NCBI GenBank assembly: GCA_964291675.2
Contig: OZ219866.1
Span: 1,792,001-1,856,000 of the forward strand
DNA: 64,000 nt
Source of the DNA: Alphaproteobacteria bacterium
GTDB taxonomy: Bacteria > Pseudomonadota > Alphaproteobacteria > MPNO01
Direction of reading: 5' to 3'
The position numbers and the translations under genes were made by a program. Every line of letters begins with the position of its first letter. Positions within the stretch are counted from its first letter, which is position 1. The notes under the pieces were generated by a model that saw nothing but the letters and a program-made list of their open reading frames with translations, was not told the origin of the DNA and did no database searches. Shown here in pieces: positions 38,396 to 45,982 of this stretch.

Positions 38396-38902
38396 TCAAG
38401 CCGCTGCCGCGAGTGCCCATTGCGCCGGAGCGGGGCCACGCCGGGGCGATCGCTTTGCCCGTTCGATCTTCTTGAATGCGAAGATCAGCTGCTGCCGATG
38501 GTGGACCTCGTCTTCAAGATCGGCGATTCGTTTCAGCACGTCTCTCAGGCTGTCGCCAGCTGCCTCGACCTGTTCCATGTACAGGACTCTGAGGATGGAC
38601 TCCGCCGCTTTCGGAATGCCGGTCTTGCCGGCTTCCCACCGGTGAACCGTCTGCTCCTTCACTCCAAGCATGTGCGCCAACGCCGCCTGGGACATCAGCA
38701 ACTCTCGCCGCAGGAAACGGATTTCCCTTCCGCTCAGATCCTTCTTTCGGTCACACAGGTGTTCGCCGATCGCCTGGTGCAGGATGTCCACGTCCTCGAT
38801 GGCGACGCTCGTTCCCCTCGCAGATTCAAACCTCTTGAACCCGTTCGCCAGGTAGACGTCGTCCAGGCCGCATTCCACGTAATGGTATCTCTCATCGCTC
38901 AC
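38396..38902 (-). CDS. MqsA-like XRE/HTH protein (putative antitoxin)
   Basis: YHYVECGLDDVYLANG N-terminus and LSGREIRFLRRELLMSQAALAHMLGVKEQTVHRWEAGK HTH. Visibly AT-richer than its flanks. Confidence 0.78.
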   Translation of the reverse strand: MSDERYHYVECGLDDVYLANGFKRFESARGTSVAIEDVDILHQAIGEHLCDRKKDLSGREIRFLRRELLMSQAALAHMLGVKEQTVHRWEAGKTGIPKAAESILRVLYMEQVEAAGDSLRDVLKRIADLEDEVHHRQQLIFAFKKIERAKRSPRRGPAPAQWALAAAA

Positions 38903-38991
38903 GACCTATCAATATGGTAGGTCTCCGAACTCCGTCAAGGCGCCGCGGGGTCCGGTTGCGCGGCGTCGCGCGCAGGTGCCACAATCCACCC

Positions 38992-39858
38992 ATGACCAGA
39001 CCCTGCCCCGGGCCCCTGCCGCCCGGCCCGCCGGTTTCCCGGGCGCCGCCCGGGACCTGCGACACCCACGCCCATATTCTCGGGCCCTATGACCGGTTCC
39101 CGCTCGACGAGGGCCGGTTCTACACCGCGCCGGAATCGCCGCTGGAGGCCTATGTCGCCCTGCAGGAGGCGCTCGGCATCGAGCGGGCGGTGATCGTCCA
39201 CCCGAGCTGCTATGCCACCGACCTCCGGGCGACCGCCGACGCGCTGGCCCGGCTGGGCAGCAATGCCCGGGCGGTGGCCGTGGTCGATCCCGATATCGGC
39301 GACGAGGAGTTGCGCGCGCTCGACGGGCTCGGGTTCCGCGGCGTCCGCTTCGCCCCGGTGCTGCTCGGCGGCGACCCGATGCCGGTCATCGAGGCCTTCG
39401 CGCCGCGCGCCGCCCGGCTCGGCTGGCATATCGACCTGTTCATCGACGGGCCGAAGGAAATGACCCGCATGCTGGCCGGGCTGAAATCGCTCGACATCGA
39501 CCTGGTGCTCGACCACTTCGCCCATTTCGGCGGCGCCGACGGCGTCGACCACCCGGGCTTCGCCGCGCTGGTCGACCTCGTCGAGGCCGGCCGCTGCTGG
39601 GTCAAGCTCTCCTGCCCCGACCGGCTGAGCAGCGCGGGACCGCCCTACGCGGACATGGTGCCGCTCGCCAGGGCGCTGATCGAGACCAGGCCCGACCGCA
39701 TGCTGTGGGCCACCGACTGGCCGCATGTCGGGCACTGGGACCGGCCGATCCCGCCAGACGCCGCCCTGCTCGACTGGCTCGCCGGCTGGGGCGTCGACGA
39801 ACGCACGCTCGAGACGATGCTGGTCGACAACCCGGCCGCGCTGTTCGGCTTCGCGTAG
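38992..39858 (+). CDS. Amidohydrolase_2 family (LigI-like lactonase)
   Basis: CDTHAHILGP, VHPSCY, LDHF, WATDWPH, DNPAALFGF. Confidence 0.82.
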   Translation: MTRPCPGPLPPGPPVSRAPPGTCDTHAHILGPYDRFPLDEGRFYTAPESPLEAYVALQEALGIERAVIVHPSCYATDLRATADALARLGSNARAVAVVDPDIGDEELRALDGLGFRGVRFAPVLLGGDPMPVIEAFAPRAARLGWHIDLFIDGPKEMTRMLAGLKSLDIDLVLDHFAHFGGADGVDHPGFAALVDLVEAGRCWVKLSCPDRLSSAGPPYADMVPLARALIETRPDRMLWATDWPHVGHWDRPIPPDAALLDWLAGWGVDERTLETMLVDNPAALFGFA

Positions 39859-39924
39859 GCTCGATACACGACGCCCCGGTCGCGGAAAATGGCCGGGCGC
39901 GCATCAACCCGGGAGGAAAACGAC

Positions 39925-40926
39925 ATGGGATCCTCGATCCTGACGATTTCACGCATTGCGTCGATCGCCGCGGCGGCGGTCGTCGCGGGCAACGCGGCGG
40001 CGGCGGAGATGTCGCTCAGATTCGGCCACCCGTCCCAGCCGGACCCCAATCGCGGTCCCTATGCCGACGCGCCGCACCAGTTCACGCAGGCGCTGGAGAA
40101 GCTGCTGCCCGGCCAGTTCAAGATCAAGGTCTACCCCAATCGCCAGCTCGGCGACGAGAAGGAGATGCTCGAGCAGGTCCGCTTCGGCACGCTCGACATG
40201 GACGTTACCACCAACGCGGTCGTTGCCAATGTCGAATCGAGCCTGCTCGCCAACGACCTGCCGTTCCTCTACCCCGACGCCCCGACCGCGCATCGGGTGC
40301 TCGACGGGCCGATCGGCCAGGACATGCTTGCCAGGCTGGAGGCCAAGAACCTGATCGGTCTGGCGTTTTTCGAGGGCGGCTTCCGCCACATGATGAACAA
40401 CGCCCGACCGGTCGTCACCCCGGCCGACGTGAAGGGGGTCAAGTACCGGGTGATGCAGAACCCGGTTTTCATCGGCATGTTCAATTCGCTCGGCGGCAAC
40501 GCGATCCCGATGGCCTTCGGCGATCTGTTCACCGCGCTCCGCCAGGGCACGGTGGACGGCATGGAGCTGCCGATCACCGCCGGCTTCGCGGTCAAGGCGA
40601 ACGAGGTGACCAAGTATCTCTCGCTGACCTCGCACACCTATTCGGCGCTCGTCATGACGGTCTCCAAGCGGACCTTCAAGAAGCTCGGGAAAGACCAGCA
40701 GCAGGCCTTCCGCAAGGCAGCCCTGATGGCGAACAAGGCGCAGCGGGCCAACAACGCCAAGCGGGAATCGGCCGCCCTCGACGCGCTCAAGCAGCGCGGG
40801 ATGGCGGTCAACCCGGTCAAGGACCTGGCCGAGTTCCGCTCCATGGTGACACCGGTCTACGACCAGTTCCGCGACCGCATCGGCTCCGCCCTGCTCGACT
40901 CGCTGCTCGCCGCGGTCAAGAAGTAG
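39925..40926 (+). CDS. dctP: TRAP transporter substrate-binding protein
   Basis: Signal peptide, YPNRQLG, GGFRH, KYRVMQ (conserved Arg), GTVDGME. Confidence 0.9.
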   Translation: MGSSILTISRIASIAAAAVVAGNAAAAEMSLRFGHPSQPDPNRGPYADAPHQFTQALEKLLPGQFKIKVYPNRQLGDEKEMLEQVRFGTLDMDVTTNAVVANVESSLLANDLPFLYPDAPTAHRVLDGPIGQDMLARLEAKNLIGLAFFEGGFRHMMNNARPVVTPADVKGVKYRVMQNPVFIGMFNSLGGNAIPMAFGDLFTALRQGTVDGMELPITAGFAVKANEVTKYLSLTSHTYSALVMTVSKRTFKKLGKDQQQAFRKAALMANKAQRANNAKRESAALDALKQRGMAVNPVKDLAEFRSMVTPVYDQFRDRIGSALLDSLLAAVKK

Positions 40927-40978
40927 GCCCGGTCGGGCAACCGGCGGCGGCGGCCGCCCAGCCGCCCCGCGCCGCGGC

Positions 40979-41455
40979 ATGACCCGGGCCGTCGAGACCG
41001 TATCCCGCCTGTTCGCGCGGCTGACCCAGTGGCTCGCCGTCGCGATGGCGACGGTCATGGTCGTTTGCCTGCTGCTCCAGATCTTCTTCCGCTACGCGCT
41101 GGCGAGCCCCTTGACCTGGACCGAGGAGCTGGCGGTGCTGATGTTCGCCTGGGTCGTCATGCTGATGGGAAGCCTGGGCGTGCGCGAGGACTTCCATGTC
41201 CGGCTCACCCTGTTGCTCGACCGGGTTCCCGAGGCGCCGCGGTTGTGGATCGAACGGGCGACGCTGGCGGCCATCCTCGCCTTCGGCGTGTTGCTGGCCA
41301 TCGCCGGCTACCACTATGTCGAGGGCACGCTCGGCGTGGTGTCCGCGGCCATCGGATTCCCCATCGAGGCGCTTCACCTGGCGGCGCCGGTGTGCGGCGT
41401 GCTGATCGTCCTGCACGCCGCGGCCCGGCTGCTCGGCGGAGGGCGGCCACAATGA
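40979..41455 (+). CDS. dctQ: TRAP transporter small permease
   Basis: Four TM segments, QIFFRY, WTEEL, HVRL. Confidence 0.88.
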   Translation: MTRAVETVSRLFARLTQWLAVAMATVMVVCLLLQIFFRYALASPLTWTEELAVLMFAWVVMLMGSLGVREDFHVRLTLLLDRVPEAPRLWIERATLAAILAFGVLLAIAGYHYVEGTLGVVSAAIGFPIEALHLAAPVCGVLIVLHAAARLLGGGRPQ

Positions 41456-42735
41456 GCGAGGCTGCCTGGGTCCTGACGCTGGGCACCGCCGCGCTGTTCA
41501 TCCTCGGCGTGCCGATCGTGTTTGCCATCGGCATCGCCTCGCTCGGAGCGCTGGTGCTGGCCGATGTCGGCATCGTGATCCTGAGCCAGAAGATGATCCA
41601 GGGCTCGACGATCTTCAGCCTGCTCGCGGTGCCCTGCTTCATCCTGGCCGGCGACATCATGCAGACCGGCGGCCTGGCCTCGCGGCTGATCAACGTCGCC
41701 CGGGTGCTGGTGCGCCATCTGACCGGCGGGCTCGGCATGGTGACGGTGTTGTCGGCGACCTTCTTCGCGGCGTTGTCCGGGTCTTCGCCCGCGACCACCG
41801 CCGCCATCGGCAGCATCATGATCCCGGAGATGGAGAAGCGCGGCTACCGGCGCGACTTCTCCACCGCGCTGGCGGCGTCGGCGGGTCCGCTGGGCCAGAT
41901 GATCCCGCCGTCGATCCCGATGGTGATCTGGGGGGTGATCTCCGAGACCTCGATCACCGCCCTGTTCTTCGCCGGCATCGTACCGGGCCTGCTGACGTCC
42001 TGCGGGCTGATGGCGGTGTGCTACTGGGTCGCCCGCGCGCAGGGCGTGCTGGGCGACGAGCACCGCGCCAGCGGGCGCGAGCTTGTCGCGGCGATCGCCG
42101 ACGGCAAATGGGCGTTGCTGACCCCCCTGATCATCCTCGGCGGGATCTATGGCGGGGTGTTCACGCCGACCGAGGCGGGCGCGGTCGCCGTCGCCTACAG
42201 CCTGGTGATCGGCGTGTTCGTCCACCGCGAGATGAAGCTGTCCGAGCTGCCGGCGATCGTTCTCAAATCCATGCGGACGACGGCGATCGCGGTGTTCATC
42301 CTGACCACCGCGCTGGCCTTCGGCTTCCTGATCGCGCTGGAGGACCTGCCGGCCAGGGTCACGCAGGTGCTGTTCGCGGTCTCCGACGACCCGGTGGTCG
42401 TGCTCCTGATGCTCAACCTGCTGCTGCTGATCATCGGCGCCTTCATGGACACGATCTCGGCAATGGTCATCCTGGCGACGGTGCTGATCGCCATCGGCCA
42501 GCAGCTGGGGCTGGACCCGGTCCATCTGGGCGCGATCATCGTCATCAACCTGGCGATCGGCTTCCTCACCCCGCCCTTCGGCATCAACCTGTTCGTCGGC
42601 GCCGCCATCTCCGGGCTGCGGGTCGAGGCGATCGCCAGGGCGATCTGGCCGATGCTGCTGGTCGAGATCCTGGTGCTGCTGGCGGTGACCTACATCCCGG
42701 CGGTCACGCTTACCATCCCCCGCCTGCTGGAGTGA
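41452..42735 (+). CDS. dctM: TRAP transporter large permease
   Basis: LLAVPCFILAG, SGSSPA, MIPPSI, FTPTEAG, TPPFG. Confidence 0.92.
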   Translation: MSEAAWVLTLGTAALFILGVPIVFAIGIASLGALVLADVGIVILSQKMIQGSTIFSLLAVPCFILAGDIMQTGGLASRLINVARVLVRHLTGGLGMVTVLSATFFAALSGSSPATTAAIGSIMIPEMEKRGYRRDFSTALAASAGPLGQMIPPSIPMVIWGVISETSITALFFAGIVPGLLTSCGLMAVCYWVARAQGVLGDEHRASGRELVAAIADGKWALLTPLIILGGIYGGVFTPTEAGAVAVAYSLVIGVFVHREMKLSELPAIVLKSMRTTAIAVFILTTALAFGFLIALEDLPARVTQVLFAVSDDPVVVLLMLNLLLLIIGAFMDTISAMVILATVLIAIGQQLGLDPVHLGAIIVINLAIGFLTPPFGINLFVGAAISGLRVEAIARAIWPMLLVEILVLLAVTYIPAVTLTIPRLLE

Positions 42736-42949
42736 CCGGGCCTCCCGGCGCCGTCGCACCCCGAAGCGCACCCTGGGCGCTGGGCTATTGAAATCAAGTC
42801 GTCTTTTCTCCCGCATTTCGCGGCCGGGAACGCGATTCTGCGGCTGTCCGTTCCCCTGCTGCAACCGGAGCCGGGACGACGACATGCCAAGAGTCGCCCT
42901 CACCGAGGCGTCGTCCGACGGCAATGCCGGGCGGTTCGCCGTGGGGGAG

Positions 42950-43267
42950 CTACCGGGGGGAGATGCCTTCGCGCTGGCCCTCGATCCGGGCCTGGCGCTC
43001 TCCGAGGCGCTGCATGTGGCGGCGGAATTCGTCCATTCTGGCATCGGCGGCCCGTCGGTCGGCCGCAGCCTGGGCTCGGAACTGGTCCATCTTGGCGTCT
43101 GTGGCGCGGCGATCCGCAGCCGCTTGGGCGATCGCGTTGTCAAGCCGGGTTTCGATGCGGAAGGCGGCGTTGAGCAACAGGCCGCCAAGCGCGACGCCGA
43201 TGCCGACGACGGCGATCATGATGGTGATGAATTCGTGTTTGGGCACGGACCTGGTACCAGGTTGCAT
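42950..43267 (-). CDS. Small hypothetical protein with N-terminal TM helix and a repeated coiled coil
   Basis: Hydrophobic FITIMIAVVGIGVALGGLLL, then two 18-aa repeats with many synonymous codon differences. The start may instead be GTG at 43246. Confidence 0.7.
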   Translation of the reverse strand: MQPGTRSVPKHEFITIMIAVVGIGVALGGLLLNAAFRIETRLDNAIAQAAADRRATDAKMDQFRAQAAADRRAADARMDEFRRHMQRLGERQARIEGQREGISPR

Positions 43268-43459
43268 AGCCGGGCCGGTCTGCGCGTCGGAGTTGTCGAC
43301 AATCTAGGGTCTCCCGGAAAGGATGTGAAGCGGGGAAGCACCCGGATGGGAGGTATCTCCGTTTTCGCCGGGCTCGGCCGTTCCGAAGCTTGTCTCCATT
43401 CCTGCCCGTGTGGGTCGGGAACCCGAAACCGCTCATGGCCTTCCCACGACATGGGCGGT

Positions 43460-43856
43460 CGGGAGATCGTCGCCGCGCGCTCGCGGATCAGCGCCTGCTC
43501 GTCCGGCTTGCAATGCAGGCTGCGCTGGCGCCGGAAACCCTCCGTCGCGACCCGCCCTGCCCCGGACCCCGTTCCGGGGGACCTGTTCCGGGGCGCTCCC
43601 CGTCCGAGACCTGCTTCCAGCGGTTCGCCGCCCCCGGGTCGGTCAGGCGCAGCCTCTTCTCCGCCAGCAGCGACGGCACCGGCATCTCGCGCAACGCTCG
43701 GCGCAGCGCCTCGTCGGGCAGCCCATCCGGCATCGGCGCGCGGTGCACCAGGCAGCGCGAGCGGTCCATGCCGCACGCCGCCGCCCGGCAAATCCTCTCC
43801 CACTCCGCATCCGTCGCCATCGCCGCGCGCTGGCGGCGCCCGTCCTCCGCACTTAT
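43460..43856 (-). pseudogene. Two degenerate ribbon-helix-helix/MobC-like gene remnants
   Basis: GGAGG-N6-ATA(43856) opens SAEDGRRQRAAMATDAEWERICRAAACGMDRSRCLVHRA. A second frame gives RRQRSLHCKPDEQALIRERAA, after which the similarity breaks off. Confidence 0.45.
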
Positions 43857-44040
43857 CGCCGGCCTCCGCAGCTCGTCGGGAGCGACGACATGCGGAAACC
43901 TGTCGCGGAAGAAATGCCCAAATGAAACCTGCGGGTATTCCTCGACCGGGAATCCCGTAAGCCGTTCAGATGTCGTCCGGTGCGATGCAACGGTCCCCGA
44001 AATCCGTCCCGCTCGAACTTCCGCCGGTGAACCCGTCCCC

Positions 44041-44101
44041 TGACGTCACACGACCGATCCCGACCGCGTGCGACTTCCCCGACTGCAACCGACGCCACGA
44101 C
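44041..44101. repeat. Helically phased (C/T)GAC motif array
   Basis: TGAC at 44041 and CGAC at 44051, 44061, 44071, 44080, 44090 and 44098 in non-coding DNA. Confidence 0.45.
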
Positions 44102-44179
44102 ACAAATCCAGCACCGTGTCTCCCGCCCCGACCGGACCGCCTCACAGGGCCCGCAACCCTCCAACCTCCCTTAAGGCAG

Positions 44180-45202
44180 TCACACCCCGAAGGTGAAGCG
44201 GCTGCCGAGATTGGAGGCGACCAGGCGGTCCGGCATGCGCCGTCGCATCGCCTCGATGAAGGCCGCGCCGGTGCAGTGCATGGGCACCACCACGTCGGGG
44301 GAGAGCCGTTCCAGCTCGTCGATCGTGTGCTCGACATAGTCGGGCCTGGCGGTGGTCAGGTGGAAGCCGCCGATCACCGCGTGCAGCCGGTCGATGCCCG
44401 AGACCGCCATCGCCGTCTTGACCGAGTTCACGATCCCGGCATGGCCGCAGGACGAGATCACCACCAGCCCGCGGCCCTTGACGATGTAGCAGGTGGCGTG
44501 CTCCTCGGGGTGGGAGTCGGCGACCAGCTCGCCGCGCCGTTCGGCCTCGGAGAAGTGGTCGTAGGATTCGAGCATCGAGCCGCCGGTCACCACCTCGAAC
44601 GTGTCGCGCTCGATATAGCCGGTGGTGAACGGCCCGGGGAGCGCGTGCGGCGCGGGGCAGCAGACCGGCACCACGTTCTGCGCCACCAGCCCGGTGCGGT
44701 CGGGCGCGCCCCAGCAGACGAATTCCGGCTTCGCCCCGGGCTCGCGCGGCGGCCCGGAGGGAACCCAGCGCACCGAGAACGCCTCCTCCGCGCCGACATA
44801 GAGCGAGACGTCGTCCTTCATCGTGCTGCGGTGCTGGGTCACGAACCCGTCGAGCCCGCCATAGTGGTCGCGGTGGCCGTGGCTCAGGATCAGCCCGTCG
44901 AGCCGGGCGGGCTCGATGCCGAGCAGCGAGACGTTGCGGTTCAGGATCTCGGGCGTGTAGCCGAAATCCAGCAGGAACTCGGCGCCCTGACCGCCGGCGC
45001 GCGACTCGAGGTGGAGCGCGAGCCCCCACTCGCCGGCCAGCGTGGTCATCGGCCGGCCCGGGATGGCGCCGACATGCTCGATCGCGACATGGGCGTGCTC
45101 CGCCCTGGGCAGGAACCGCTCGTAATGCGAATCGACCACCACCCGGACCGCGAGACGGTCCACCAACGGCGCCGCGAACGGCGCCTGTCCGGCTGCGTTC
45201 AT
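44180..45202 (-). CDS. MBL-fold metallo-hydrolase
   Basis: GEWGLAL, LLDFG, LSHGHRDHYGG (HxHxDH), SCGHAG, IGGFHL, PMHCTG. Confidence 0.87.
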   Translation of the reverse strand: MNAAGQAPFAAPLVDRLAVRVVVDSHYERFLPRAEHAHVAIEHVGAIPGRPMTTLAGEWGLALHLESRAGGQGAEFLLDFGYTPEILNRNVSLLGIEPARLDGLILSHGHRDHYGGLDGFVTQHRSTMKDDVSLYVGAEEAFSVRWVPSGPPREPGAKPEFVCWGAPDRTGLVAQNVVPVCCPAPHALPGPFTTGYIERDTFEVVTGGSMLESYDHFSEAERRGELVADSHPEEHATCYIVKGRGLVVISSCGHAGIVNSVKTAMAVSGIDRLHAVIGGFHLTTARPDYVEHTIDELERLSPDVVVPMHCTGAAFIEAMRRRMPDRLVASNLGSRFTFGV

Positions 45203-45207
45203 GGCGT

Positions 45208-45759
45208 TCAGGCGTCGACCGGGTCGGGCACCGGCTTGGCGCCGTCGACGGTGTTCTCCCTGAGGTTGAAGCGGCGCTGGACGACCGTGTCGAGGTCGGT
45301 GCCGGTCACCCGCACGAAGCGCGCCCCGTCGGGGAACCTGATCGAGTGGATGTCGCGCGGGTGGAACACGCCCACCATGCCGGGGTCGAGCCGGTAGCGC
45401 TCCGCCGGCTCGACGATCGGCGCCGCGCCGCCCGGCGCCGCGCCGGTCTCGCGCCACACCGTCATGTCGGTGTGCTCGACCGCCTGGCCGTAGATCGCCC
45501 AGGACGGGCCGTGGTCGTGCGGCGGCGATTCGACCCCCTTCTCGTAGATATGGGCGAGCACCATGAAGCCGAGCTCGGGGTCCTCGTATAGCGGGTGGAT
45601 GCCGCGCTCGGCGTCCGGCCCGCAATGGGCGGCGACGAAGTCCCCGTTGGCCAGCAGCCGCCCCAGATTGGCGCGCACAATTTCGCGAGCGCCATCCCCG
45701 TCGCCGGCGCCGAGCGCGGCGCGCGTGTCCTCGCAAAACGCCTCCAGCGTATACGCCAT
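45208..45759 (-). CDS. Cupin / cysteine dioxygenase-like metal-binding protein
   Basis: LYEDPELGF, SPPHDHGPSWAIYGQA, DIHSI (three-His cupin pattern). Confidence 0.75.
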   Translation of the reverse strand: MAYTLEAFCEDTRAALGAGDGDGAREIVRANLGRLLANGDFVAAHCGPDAERGIHPLYEDPELGFMVLAHIYEKGVESPPHDHGPSWAIYGQAVEHTDMTVWRETGAAPGGAAPIVEPAERYRLDPGMVGVFHPRDIHSIRFPDGARFVRVTGTDLDTVVQRRFNLRENTVDGAKPVPDPVDA

Positions 45760-45982
45760 CGTCAGATCTCCCGCGTTCCGGCCGGTTCCGGCGTGCAGCC
45801 TAACCGGTCCGGGGGCATCCGGCCAAGCCGTTTCCCGTCCCGGGTTCGCACCGGACCCGGCGCGGCAATCATATTGAAATCGATATAGGGTAATGTCATA
45901 AAAGAATTGCCTCTTTCTCCGCCGGGCCGCGTCGCGGGGCGCGGAGGAAGGGGACGGGGGAACAACGGAAACGGAGCGGGGC

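Noticed and set aside
42788-43960. 390-aa plus-strand ORF across the accessory patch
   Set aside because: Low-complexity Arg/Pro/Ala/Ser translation overlapping a better-supported minus-strand gene and remnants.
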